This document shows positions 35,466-46,036 of a DNA stretch of 64,000 bases, in pieces; positions within the stretch are counted from its first letter, which is position 1, and the number at the start of each line of letters is the position of its first letter. The stretch is taken from positions 45,794 to 109,793 of IMG/VR virus record IMGVR_UViG_3300032287_000839; one strand, written 5' to 3'. The notes under the pieces were generated by a model that did no database searches, was not told where the DNA came from, and worked only from the letters and a program-made list of their open reading frames with translations. The position numbers and the translations under genes were made by a program. This DNA is from a virus. Taxonomy: Duplodnaviria; Heunggongvirae; Uroviricota; Caudoviricetes.

Positions 35466-38400
35466 TTATTTATATTTGTTTAACCAGCCACCACTTTTAA
35501 ATGCTTTGATTTCTCCTTTACCTCCTTTGAAATTATTAGGTATATCAAACTCATACCAACTGTTTCCCTTACCATCTGTTACTATTTTAGGTTCTTTCCC
35601 AAATAGTTTCTTTATAAGTTTAGGTTGTTCTGTATATTTTTTAAGAATGGTCTGAGCTTCTGGATCAAATACACTACCTTTTATTTTTCCATCTAATATT
35701 GATTGTATAAACTTTCTTTCACTTTCAGGTAAGTTATTAATTTTTTCTGCAAATGCAGCAGGGTCTTTTGCTAATGCTTCTCTATACATTGATACAAACT
35801 CTTCAGAATCAACATTTTTATAATTTTGTACCTTAGCTGCAGTTTCTGATGTTGGTACTCTTATTTTACTTACATCACCTCGTTTACCAGCATAGTCTAC
35901 AAGTTCTTGAAGAAATCTATCTTGATGTTTTTTATCTAACAATGACTTTTGTGTATAGTTCTCTACCTCTGCTTTAGAAAGTTTGTTTATAGCTTGTTGT
36001 TCTTCTATAAGTTTTGCATATCTATTAATCTGTTCATCTAATTTATGAAGATTTTCTTTTGTAGCAAGAGTGTTTGAAGCTTCATCTCTAGCTAACTTCT
36101 TCTCTGCTTTTAAACTTTCAAGAAGTTTATTACGCTCATTTACTATACTTTCTAAACGGTTTAAAGAAAACTCTGCATTTTCTAAACTACTAGGCATTAC
36201 TCTATGTGTTCCTTGAAAAGCATCAGATTGAATTTGTGTCACTGTAAGAATATCTGGTGTATCCGCATCTCTTAAAAAGTGAATATGACCAAGAGTTTCT
36301 TCAGGATTACTATGAGCATCAGACCCTCTACCAAACTTTTCTTTATTACTTAATAAAAGAGTTTGATTTTCTAAAGGAAGATTATTGTAATCTTTTATAT
36401 CTCTATCTAATATTTTTTTCAATTGTTCAACTCTTTCTTCCTCTCCTAACACTCCTTCTTCTGTACGAATAATTTCTTTAATTCTTTCTATCTCAGCACC
36501 AGCAGCTTCTCTAGTAGTATTTCCCAACATTCCTACTTTTTTATTAAATCCTAAGTTATCTATACCAAAGTTAGAACGCTGCATTGTAAAGTTTCTTTCT
36601 AAAGGAATAAGTTGATCCTGTACTGTTTTTCTAAAATCATTATAATCCATCTTCTTAGGAAGTTCATCTCCCAATGCCTTTTTTATAAGATCCACTTTAC
36701 TAGCACCACCTGATTCTTTTCCTATAATACCTAATGCTTGTTCTACATTTACAAGACCTGTTTTAGGTTCTACTATTTTACTAATAGGACCTCCTTCCAT
36801 TGTAGATGATAAATGTAATCCTGGAAGTTCTTGTTGTTGCCAAGATGGTTTTGGAGTATCATCTATTGATAAGTATGGTTCCATTCCTTCTGGTGGAGGA
36901 GGGGTGTATCCTGGATGTTGAATACCCCTCATCTCTCTATTGTGTTTTATTATTTCTGCTTTTGTTAGTTTTTTACTACTACTTATTATATTTCCACTTG
37001 CATCATATTGTAAAGTTTGACCAGTAACTGGATTATATAAATGTTTTGATGCAGACTCTTCTATTGGAGCTGCATTAATTATTTCACCCATGTCATTGAT
37101 AACAGGTGTTTCTTTAGAAATATTAGCAGCATTATTTAATTTCTTAAGATATTTTGCTCCTTTAGTAACTTCAGATGCAAATGGCAACACATCAAGAGTT
37201 GTTAACCCTGTGTTTAAAAGTGCATTTCCTATACTTCCAAAACTAGGATCATTAACAGCAGTTTTCCAATCTTCTGCTACACCAGGAATTCTATTAAGTC
37301 CTTCATATGCAAATCCAGCACTAAGAAGATTAGAACCTGTAAGTCCTGCCACTCCTGCCATAGGAGCATTAAGACCTGCTACTATTGATGGCATAGCTGT
37401 TGCACCTACACCACCTGCAAGAATCAATGGTGTTGTTTTAACGAATTGATTAGCAGCCACAGCACCTGCTCCTGGATTATATCCACTTGGAGTTAATGAA
37501 CCAAACGTTTGAGCAAGTGGGGAGTTTCTTTGAGCCTCAGCCATATATGCATCAGTTAACATTTGTTGATCTGCTGCTCTACTTGCAGGGGTACTTTTAT
37601 CTTTAGATACATAGCTTCTGTTTGCTTTTTCACGATTAGCAGCAGCTTGAAATGCTTCTTGTTTCTCTTTATCTTTTTGTTTTTTGATTTCTTCTTGTGT
37701 AACAACTTTAGAAGTGGGTTGATATGTTCCAGAACCAACACCTATTTCAATACCAGTCTGAGCTTTAGGAGTGTAATTATCTAACCATCCACCATTCTTC
37801 ATCATTGGAAACTCTGTAACCTTCTCACCATCAAACTTATAATCTTGATCAGGATACATCATTTTTGTATCACCTGTATCAGATACACCAAGTACAGGAT
37901 AGTCCACACCTTCCATGGTGATATCATTAGAGTTAATCTCTGTTATCTCACCTGGGTGTGCCCATTGTCCCATATCATCCTTTATCACAGAACCATTCTT
38001 ACTTATATTCTTAGGAGTGAAGTCTAATCCTTGTTGATAGAATCTCATCTCCTTACCGTTTTGAGCTTGAGTTAGAGGAGCTGTATTGTTAAGTTGAGCC
38101 ACCTCGTTGTTCATCTTGATAATATCCTCATCCTTGAACTTAAGTCTCATTCTCTGCATACCAGGCTGATTGTTAATCTTTGGATTCTTTAAAGCTTTCT
38201 GAAACATTTCAGGAGTTAACTCTTGTCCAAACTCAGTGGTTATTCCATTATCAAGTAGGAGCTGTCTCATTCCAGTTAAGTCTCCATAAGTTTCATTAGC
38301 TGCAGTTTTTGCTGAAGCTCTACTTCCTTGTGGTTTGTAATGTTCTTCTTGAATAGCTTTTTGATAAGCCTCATTTGGAGCAGTAACTCTACCACTTAAA

Positions 38401-39659
38401 GGTATGTTTATTTTCTCTAATTCACTTTTACTAAATTGTTCAAATGGTTGGAATAAGTCTCCTACAACATTAGCCGCTCTAGAAAGCAAGTTTTGTTTTC
38501 CATAACTGAGGGTACGGTTTGGAATTATTCCATGTGCAACTTCATGAGCTATTGATGGATTATCAACAAAATCACTAGCACCAAGATTAACACGATTTGT
38601 AATCATGTTGTAGTCTGTACCTCTATCTACAGTATTAGGATTAAGTTTAATACTCAATAAGTTATCAAGTCTTTGTTGTTGTACATCTTTAGCTAACTCT
38701 TGATCAGGTATACTTAAAGAAAGTCTTTTTGAATATAGAGGAGATTTCATATATCCTGCTATATTTTGTTTTATACCTTCAAAGTTTTTTGTATCAAATG
38801 GAACAAAGGAATTTGCTCTAACATATTGAAATGCTGGGTCAGGGTTATTAAAATCTAATGTTGCACGATCGTCTGCATTTGGATCTAGAACCTTACCATC
38901 CTGAGCACTAGCTTTAGTCTTCTTAGCATACTTACCATTACTAGGAGCAGCTCCAGCTGTACGTGCGTACGTGAATCCTACAGCACCTGGAATAGATCCA
39001 CCCATATCATGCTTTCTATACATGTTATCTTTATCTCTATATCCATCAGGAAGCATATTTTTATCAGATAGATATTTAATAATTTTATCTTTTTGATCTT
39101 TACTAATGAATGGAGTAGAGCCTATAGCAGCACCAATCATGTTATTGAACTGATCTTCAGCTCCTTCTTTAAATGTATCATACAAACTATATGGACGAGT
39201 TACTGCTCCTCTGTTAGGGTCAACTAACTCATGACCAAGACCTGCAGCACTAGCTCCTAAGAACCCAGCTATTTGAGATATCCCTGGAATATTGTATAGT
39301 TTATTTTGAATAGCTTCAGATACATATCTACCAGCCATAGGATGTCTAATATTGTCTACTTGATCTTCTCCTGGTTTTGTATATTTATCAGCAGTTATTT
39401 CAGCTTTTTGCATAGGATTACCTAACCAGTCTTCTACTTTATCTTGTATGTCCTTTTTCTTTTTCTTTCCACCATTCTGAAACTGTCCTCCCCATGCAGG
39501 AGAATAGTTTCTACCCTTGGTGTTATTACCCATACCTACAAAATCAGGACCTACAGATGCTTGCACATTGTTAGGATTAGGTTTTTTACCATAGTTATCC
39601 TTAGTCTTTTGTTTTAAGACCAAACCCCCTTGTTCGTATTTGTCTAACCACTTAGCCAT
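35466..39659 (-). CDS. large virion protein (1397 aa) with an HExxH zinc-metallopeptidase motif and GGWL[DN]xY motifs at both termini and mid-protein
   Basis: HEVAH at 38532..38546 (SIAHEVAHGI). N-terminus MAKWLDKYEQGG, mid-protein MMKNGGWLDNY, C-terminus FKSGGWLNKYK. Confidence 0.6.
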   Translation of the reverse strand: MAKWLDKYEQGGLVLKQKTKDNYGKKPNPNNVQASVGPDFVGMGNNTKGRNYSPAWGGQFQNGGKKKKKDIQDKVEDWLGNPMQKAEITADKYTKPGEDQVDNIRHPMAGRYVSEAIQNKLYNIPGISQIAGFLGASAAGLGHELVDPNRGAVTRPYSLYDTFKEGAEDQFNNMIGAAIGSTPFISKDQKDKIIKYLSDKNMLPDGYRDKDNMYRKHDMGGSIPGAVGFTYARTAGAAPSNGKYAKKTKASAQDGKVLDPNADDRATLDFNNPDPAFQYVRANSFVPFDTKNFEGIKQNIAGYMKSPLYSKRLSLSIPDQELAKDVQQQRLDNLLSIKLNPNTVDRGTDYNMITNRVNLGASDFVDNPSIAHEVAHGIIPNRTLSYGKQNLLSRAANVVGDLFQPFEQFSKSELEKINIPLSGRVTAPNEAYQKAIQEEHYKPQGSRASAKTAANETYGDLTGMRQLLLDNGITTEFGQELTPEMFQKALKNPKINNQPGMQRMRLKFKDEDIIKMNNEVAQLNNTAPLTQAQNGKEMRFYQQGLDFTPKNISKNGSVIKDDMGQWAHPGEITEINSNDITMEGVDYPVLGVSDTGDTKMMYPDQDYKFDGEKVTEFPMMKNGGWLDNYTPKAQTGIEIGVGSGTYQPTSKVVTQEEIKKQKDKEKQEAFQAAANREKANRSYVSKDKSTPASRAADQQMLTDAYMAEAQRNSPLAQTFGSLTPSGYNPGAGAVAANQFVKTTPLILAGGVGATAMPSIVAGLNAPMAGVAGLTGSNLLSAGFAYEGLNRIPGVAEDWKTAVNDPSFGSIGNALLNTGLTTLDVLPFASEVTKGAKYLKKLNNAANISKETPVINDMGEIINAAPIEESASKHLYNPVTGQTLQYDASGNIISSSKKLTKAEIIKHNREMRGIQHPGYTPPPPEGMEPYLSIDDTPKPSWQQQELPGLHLSSTMEGGPISKIVEPKTGLVNVEQALGIIGKESGGASKVDLIKKALGDELPKKMDYNDFRKTVQDQLIPLERNFTMQRSNFGIDNLGFNKKVGMLGNTTREAAGAEIERIKEIIRTEEGVLGEEERVEQLKKILDRDIKDYNNLPLENQTLLLSNKEKFGRGSDAHSNPEETLGHIHFLRDADTPDILTVTQIQSDAFQGTHRVMPSSLENAEFSLNRLESIVNERNKLLESLKAEKKLARDEASNTLATKENLHKLDEQINRYAKLIEEQQAINKLSKAEVENYTQKSLLDKKHQDRFLQELVDYAGKRGDVSKIRVPTSETAAKVQNYKNVDSEEFVSMYREALAKDPAAFAEKINNLPESERKFIQSILDGKIKGSVFDPEAQTILKKYTEQPKLIKKLFGKEPKIVTDGKGNSWYEFDIPNNFKGGKGEIKAFKSGGWLNKYK

Positions 39660-40522
39660 TACTTGTAAGATATTTGAGCAGGTGTAACAATAAATCCACT
39701 AATTAGATGCAAATCAGATCTGTCATCTAGTATATGTCTAACCTTTAAGAACTTAGCTCTTAGAGGTTCTTTCTTATATGATCTTTTTCCATAATCCATA
39801 TTAGCTTGATTTAGAACCTTATCTACAGATAATGACTCACAAGTAGTATTAAACAAAGGTAAGGTTTTATCTTTAACTAATCCCCAGAAAGTATTATATT
39901 GATAGAAATTATCTGACTTGCTATAAATAATAGTTTTACTATCAATATTATATATTGGGTATGTTAGATATTGTTGCAAGTTACGTAAAGGTTTTGGAAC
40001 TAACAATAGCAATCCAGAAGTTTGTTGACCATTATATAAAATAGCCTTATTGAAATAACCATTCACTTCTACAGTAGCATTATCATTATCAAACCCAGTT
40101 GTGCTAGGAAGATAGGTAACTGCTCTGGTGTAATCCTTAACATTCTGAAGGATTTCATCATATGACTGATAGGCAAATGGATATTCTATTACATAAGGCT
40201 CTATATTATCATAATACCTATTATAAATAGTTGAGTCTTTTAAATGTGCCCATATACTACCTGTATCAACAGGTGTATAAGTTATCATAGCTATCTCTGA
40301 TTTGGTAGCTTCTACTATAGGTATTTCTATTTCTGTATGACATCTTCCAGTAGATCGCAATACAACCATAGTGGAACCATTGTCCACATTTAATGAATAT
40401 CCAGCAATAAGTTCTTCCTTAGTTACACCTGTAACCAATGTTTCACCGTATTGATCGATAATATCAAATGGACCTGTTCTAGTTCCAGCTTTTGTTAATT
40501 TTATAAGTATTGCTTTAGCCAT
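39659..40522 (-). CDS. fiber or tail protein (287 aa) sharing its N-terminal domain with the 219-aa protein at 49641..50300
   Basis: Aligned N-termini: L.L.KAG..TGPFDI...V.GV....L.AGY.L.V......VLRSTG.C. Confidence 0.55.
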   Translation of the reverse strand: MAKAILIKLTKAGTRTGPFDIIDQYGETLVTGVTKEELIAGYSLNVDNGSTMVVLRSTGRCHTEIEIPIVEATKSEIAMITYTPVDTGSIWAHLKDSTIYNRYYDNIEPYVIEYPFAYQSYDEILQNVKDYTRAVTYLPSTTGFDNDNATVEVNGYFNKAILYNGQQTSGLLLLVPKPLRNLQQYLTYPIYNIDSKTIIYSKSDNFYQYNTFWGLVKDKTLPLFNTTCESLSVDKVLNQANMDYGKRSYKKEPLRAKFLKVRHILDDRSDLHLISGFIVTPAQISYK

Positions 40523-40534
40523 TTATTTTATATT

Positions 40535-43500
40535 TTATGAAACGCACGAAGGATCAAAACAAGAAGTTACATTAACTAATACATCTAAATCAACACCTGA
40601 AGGCAATGTTCCACTACCCACTTGTGAAACAATTGAATAACAATCAGCAGGACCAGCTATAACTACACCACTTAGACTGCTATAAATACTATAACCATTT
40701 GCAGTTTCTGAAGTGGTACATGATTGTAATTCATAATAATAATAGTCTGTTATAACAGTAGTAGTTGTTGTGGTTGTGCTAGTAGATGTTGATGTTGTAG
40801 TAGATGTTGATGTAGAAGTAGTGGTAGTTGTATTACATTCAGTTGTTATACTCTTAGTTTTTAAAGTTCCCACTGAATCTTTTACTACAATCCAGAACGT
40901 ATTATCTTCTGTACCAGCACCATAAGAAATTGAAAGAGCTGAAACCCAACTTGTATTAGCTAATGCTGCTGCTTCTAAATAGAAGAAAGTAGTTCCAAAT
41001 TCATAAGGACCCACTCCACCAATTATATCACTACCAAAAATAGTTATATTACCATCAGTACAAACGTAACTTATAGTGAAATCAAGTGGAGCTGCAGTTG
41101 TTGTTGTAGTAGTGGTAGTTGGTTCACAATCAGGACAAGTACCAGATATTAAACAAGTTGTATTACAGTTATATTCTCCCAATAATCCACCTATTGGACT
41201 GTTAACCGTAATCACAGAACCAGCTTGAATACAATGGTTGAATTTACTTCCAGGTAATATGTTTGGAGATATAGTACTTCCATCACAATTCGTTACAGTA
41301 TAATTAACAGTTACCACATCTTCGTTCACTACAGTCCAACATTCACAAGGTAAAGTTGTAGTAGTGGTGGTAGTTGTAGTAATGTTTTCTGCTGTACCTT
41401 CTGTAGCACAAGGATCTACATACACCACTGTTCCATCATAATCACATGGTCCAGGAACATAAGCTGCTGTACCACTTAAGTTACAATTTGGTGCTGCTGT
41501 TGTTGATGTACTAGTAGTAGTTGTAGTGGTAATCTCAAGTAAAGCCACTGCTTCTAAGTCACAACCTTCATTTAATCCAGAATAGAAGAAGTTATTCTCA
41601 GCTATGTAGAAGTTAGGAATGTAGCTATGGAAGCTCACCCAACTTTTAGTATTTACATTAAAAGATAAAGTCCAAGATTTATTACAGAAATATTTAATAT
41701 CTGAAAGATCTACATATGTTATTGTTACTGTTTCTAATGGTTCTGTTCCTATGATGTTCTCTATATAATACTTATTAGTAGAGGCTTCATATTTAATAAC
41801 ATCTATATATTCAGGTTGAGGAATGTAATCTAACTTACTGATAATCACTCTATCATACTTACTATCATACACACCATGTAAACCAATACCATTGAAATGG
41901 TTATCTGTATCAGCATTAGGATAGTAGTTAAGAATCTCAAACGCTAAGTGGTCTGTCATAAATCTGTTTACACCAGATCCAAATGAAGATATATCAATTG
42001 CTTGATTACCAGTAACTAAAAAGATTTGTCCTCTTTTAGCATCTGCTGTTATTTGCCCTTGAGGAATCTTTAATAAGAATTTATTCTGACTTCCTGCATA
42101 TCCAAGATCTGTTTCAGCAAAATCTATTGGAGGAGAAGATCTAAATAATGAAGGATTACCTAAGTAAGCTGCTTGAGGATTACTTGTATTAATTGTTAAT
42201 AACGTATTGTATAACAATGACTTATTCTCAAATCTAGCTAATACAGCTTTATTCTGAATACCATCCAATGAAGTTAAGTTACCAAAGTTTTGAGGAAAAT
42301 CAAAGAATGCTACAGGAGTATAAGTTAACCAACTGTTAACTCTTGTACTAGGATTAGATGATTGTTGCTCAGAATAGATAGCTCTAAATGGATAGTTTGT
42401 ATAACATAAATCAGGTTTCCAATCTACAGGTAAATGAGAGATCACATTCTCTGTATTCTGTTTAGAATAAGTTACATTATAAGTGTACGTATTATCAAGA
42501 GCAATAGGAACAAAGGTTTGTTGTAACCAGTTGTCAGGAATACCTGAGCTCACGTGTGGGTAGAAGTCACCTTCTAAGTTATTGAATGCTTGACGTAAGT
42601 CTACATTAATAGAACTTTCTACATAGAAATAAGGAATACCATAAGCAAATAAGTACATCTTACCGCTATAAGAATAAGTGGTAGGACTTGGTGTTGTGCT
42701 TCCTGAAGGATTTATAGTACTTGTACTAGTGGTAGTTGTATTTGTTACATACGTATTATCATTAGGACAATCAAAATAGTGAGCCTTCTCAGATATAATG
42801 TTCTTTAAAGTTCTAGCACTACTTCCTGTACCCACATTAAAGTTACTTAATATAGATCTAGAAGAATACCAATATTGAGGATATGCTACGTTTCCTATCT
42901 CATCATAGAATATATCACTATCATCATTAGCACCAACTCTATTATCAATAAAGAAAGGAAGCTTTGTTTTAAATGAGAATCTACCAATGAATGTATCTCC
43001 ACCAAATGCAACATCTGGTTGAGATGGTGATAAGTTATCAAAATTTATTTGATATCCTGTATCAATAGTTTGATAAGAATACATTTGTCCCCATTGGTTA
43101 GGGAATATGTTTTTAATAGATCCATAATAGGAAACTACACTAATATCTTCTTGTGTCTCTGGGGCCCCACAGTTATCTCTTCCAGATAATGTAAATCTTG
43201 AATTATCAATAACTTGACTTTGTCCAGCAACAACTAATGATGGAGTTTCTTCAGCAAAAGGTAATGAAATTGCATCAACTGATGTTCTTAAATAAACAGA
43301 AGATTCTCTTTGAAAATTGTTAACATTATATACATCTCCTACTGATTGTACACCAGGAATAAGATATTGAGATATATCAAGTTCTCTTTGCTTAACTCCT
43401 ACAATACCGTATATACCAACTTGTTCATTTAAGATGTCTGCATTATAGTCATACTGAGCTACGGAGTTAAATGAGTATGCGAAGTTTTGTCTACTTATAC

Positions 43501-46027
43501 CATTAATGTAGATTTGTAAATAAGCTTGGTAACAAGTAAACATTGCTGTTGCATCAAGTGTACCTGTAATGTTAGCAATATTATAACTTGAGTTTAATGC
43601 ATCTACTTGAGCTTGTTTACTAATAAGTTTGTATAATGCATGGTTTTTAACTTGTACAAAATGAGCCCTACCAGCACCATAAAATGCACTTTCTAACTTA
43701 AGAACATTACCCAATATAGGTTGTCCAAAAGAAGTTTCTGGTGAATTAAACACCATTCTGGATTTAGAACCCTCACCTAGTCCAATTAAATTATCTGGAT
43801 AAGCTGCCACATTTTCATTATCAGTAGTTGCTAGTATTGAATATAATTGAGAACCTGAAACACGTTGAGGTATTGATATAGAATTTATTGTAACAGGAGA
43901 TCCAATAATTACAGTTTCAGTTTTAAGTTCAGATAGGTCATTTAAATAACTAAAGGTTGTAAAAGTTTGTGCTCCAGCATATACAGTTAATGTATAAGAA
44001 TTAAGTGTTACATTTGTAAATGTAGCCGCACCACTAATTACTATAGGAACAGTCAATGAGTATACTGGAGTAGTCATATCTATAGTCACTGATTCATTAG
44101 TATAGCAGTCTGTAATCTGCATTGTACCAGGAATAGTTACAGTAACTCGATATGTTTGACATTGAGAATTATATGCATTATTTCTTTGAAGTAAGAATGG
44201 ATCTTCCTTAATATCATTATATGGATAGTTAGGATAGAAATAGTAAGTAGGGTTTACACTATAAGGATTATCTCTTGTATATTTACCTACGTTTCTAATA
44301 ATACCCTTAGCAACAATAGATTGATTTGTACCTCTATTTCCTCTAACAATCTTATATGCAGCTATTTCAGATTTTTGCTCAGCTGTTAAATCAGAAGTGT
44401 TAATTAATGAAATAATCTGCTGTGTATTAACTTTAACACCAATAGGATAAATAGCATTAGCTTTTTGCATTATTGGAAGAATACTATTTCCAACATATGT
44501 GATTTCTGGATTCTCAAAAATAGGACTTACAAGAACATCTGGAAATTTATGATGTCTAATCTTTTGACCAGCTAAATCTCCCCACACATTTGTATTACAG
44601 GGATACTCTTCTAAAGATTCCCAATATGCAAACTGACCATACTTGTATGGTGTAGCAGTTCCAATATTAGGTCCTAAAGCATCTCCAATTACTGATGCTG
44701 TATTATATATCTTCCAATAAGGAGCTGATGTTCCTTCTCCAATATAGTCAGCATTATCAGCTTTATTTATTATTACTAAATCATTTAAATTAGCAATCCT
44801 ACCAGGAATATGGAAACCATCTGTTTGTTTACCATTTTTAAGGATGAATACAATTTCAAATGCATACACCTCATCACGCAAGTACCCACGCAAGTTAGTA
44901 GCATTTACTGAATCTGCATAGGTTTCTCCAGAAGGAATTTTGTATGTTTCCCAGAAAAGGTCAATTTGATTAGCAATCTTCTGATAGTTAGTTCTATCTA
45001 TAGAAGTTAGGTTATCCCATACTAATATATCTTGTACAGTGGTTAAATCTTCAGCAACCTCATAATAAGGATTCTTAAAAAGAATATCTGCAGTTGATAA
45101 AGATATCTCTGTTTTATATTGTCCTGAGTAAGTTATTTGATTTGTTGTTCCATCAATAAAATATGTACCCACTAAATTTACAGTGGAAGCACCATTGATA
45201 GTTTTAATTACAGCTATGTTATAATATTCAAAATAGCCTGTTATATCTATATTGCTAATATCTATAACAATAGATTTACCTACAGCATAATCAAAATTAG
45301 CTGTGGTAAGTTGAGTATTAGCAATAGGAGTAGGGTTAGTAACAGAATAGTAAGATGTATAAGCATCACCCACTGCACTAGAATATTGAATAGCAAATTG
45401 GTATGTACCAGCTACTAAATCTCCTACATTAATAACACTATTGATTGTTAATTCTGGTATATTAAAATTAGGCTGTACCTTTATCTTATTACAATCAAGT
45501 AAAGGAAAAGTTTCTGCATCACAAATAACGTCATTTGTAAATAGAGTAAGATAGGGAGGATTCTCTAAATCTATGAATCTTCTAGGATTAAATCCATCAG
45601 TCCAATACACCTCAGTTGTACAATTACTAATCTTGTGTACAGCCTTATGAATAGGATGTTCTATTTTAAAGTTAAGGCAAAAGCCATTGATCCACGTATG
45701 GTATACGCAATCATTATTGTCCATATATCCTATTTCAGAACCTCCTGTCAAAGGATCAGTTAAAAAGAATATGTGTTTATTTTTTTCTTGAATGAAGTGT
45801 TCGCCAATAAGTTGGTACCCATCAGGAAAGTTTAGACAAAGTTTGTTCCCTTGCTCATTCTGATAGTTAACAGAACTAGCATCAAAGTTTTCTAAATTGG
45901 CATTTAAGGCATAAGTTAATTTACCTTTATCAATCTGATTAACAGTTAAGTCCATGTTTAAACCAACTCTACCAAGATTGAATTCTTGCCTTACATTTCC
46001 CTGTTGTCCTTGTTGTTCTTCAGCCAT
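40535..46027 (-). CDS. giant tail fiber or host-recognition protein (1830 aa) with several poly-Thr/Ser linkers and Cys-rich C-terminal modules
   Basis: Uninterrupted ORF. Linkers TTTTTSTSTTAAP, TTTTTTTTLPCEC, EPTTTTTTTTAAP and TTTTTSTSTSTTTSTSTSTTTTTTT separate the modules. Confidence 0.6.
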   Translation of the reverse strand: MAEEQQGQQGNVRQEFNLGRVGLNMDLTVNQIDKGKLTYALNANLENFDASSVNYQNEQGNKLCLNFPDGYQLIGEHFIQEKNKHIFFLTDPLTGGSEIGYMDNNDCVYHTWINGFCLNFKIEHPIHKAVHKISNCTTEVYWTDGFNPRRFIDLENPPYLTLFTNDVICDAETFPLLDCNKIKVQPNFNIPELTINSVINVGDLVAGTYQFAIQYSSAVGDAYTSYYSVTNPTPIANTQLTTANFDYAVGKSIVIDISNIDITGYFEYYNIAVIKTINGASTVNLVGTYFIDGTTNQITYSGQYKTEISLSTADILFKNPYYEVAEDLTTVQDILVWDNLTSIDRTNYQKIANQIDLFWETYKIPSGETYADSVNATNLRGYLRDEVYAFEIVFILKNGKQTDGFHIPGRIANLNDLVIINKADNADYIGEGTSAPYWKIYNTASVIGDALGPNIGTATPYKYGQFAYWESLEEYPCNTNVWGDLAGQKIRHHKFPDVLVSPIFENPEITYVGNSILPIMQKANAIYPIGVKVNTQQIISLINTSDLTAEQKSEIAAYKIVRGNRGTNQSIVAKGIIRNVGKYTRDNPYSVNPTYYFYPNYPYNDIKEDPFLLQRNNAYNSQCQTYRVTVTIPGTMQITDCYTNESVTIDMTTPVYSLTVPIVISGAATFTNVTLNSYTLTVYAGAQTFTTFSYLNDLSELKTETVIIGSPVTINSISIPQRVSGSQLYSILATTDNENVAAYPDNLIGLGEGSKSRMVFNSPETSFGQPILGNVLKLESAFYGAGRAHFVQVKNHALYKLISKQAQVDALNSSYNIANITGTLDATAMFTCYQAYLQIYINGISRQNFAYSFNSVAQYDYNADILNEQVGIYGIVGVKQRELDISQYLIPGVQSVGDVYNVNNFQRESSVYLRTSVDAISLPFAEETPSLVVAGQSQVIDNSRFTLSGRDNCGAPETQEDISVVSYYGSIKNIFPNQWGQMYSYQTIDTGYQINFDNLSPSQPDVAFGGDTFIGRFSFKTKLPFFIDNRVGANDDSDIFYDEIGNVAYPQYWYSSRSILSNFNVGTGSSARTLKNIISEKAHYFDCPNDNTYVTNTTTTSTSTINPSGSTTPSPTTYSYSGKMYLFAYGIPYFYVESSINVDLRQAFNNLEGDFYPHVSSGIPDNWLQQTFVPIALDNTYTYNVTYSKQNTENVISHLPVDWKPDLCYTNYPFRAIYSEQQSSNPSTRVNSWLTYTPVAFFDFPQNFGNLTSLDGIQNKAVLARFENKSLLYNTLLTINTSNPQAAYLGNPSLFRSSPPIDFAETDLGYAGSQNKFLLKIPQGQITADAKRGQIFLVTGNQAIDISSFGSGVNRFMTDHLAFEILNYYPNADTDNHFNGIGLHGVYDSKYDRVIISKLDYIPQPEYIDVIKYEASTNKYYIENIIGTEPLETVTITYVDLSDIKYFCNKSWTLSFNVNTKSWVSFHSYIPNFYIAENNFFYSGLNEGCDLEAVALLEITTTTTTSTSTTAAPNCNLSGTAAYVPGPCDYDGTVVYVDPCATEGTAENITTTTTTTTTLPCECWTVVNEDVVTVNYTVTNCDGSTISPNILPGSKFNHCIQAGSVITVNSPIGGLLGEYNCNTTCLISGTCPDCEPTTTTTTTTAAPLDFTISYVCTDGNITIFGSDIIGGVGPYEFGTTFFYLEAAALANTSWVSALSISYGAGTEDNTFWIVVKDSVGTLKTKSITTECNTTTTTSTSTSTTTSTSTSTTTTTTTVITDYYYYELQSCTTSETANGYSIYSSLSGVVIAGPADCYSIVSQVGSGTLPSGVDLDVLVNVTSCFDPSCVS

Positions 46028-46036
46028 AATTATTTA

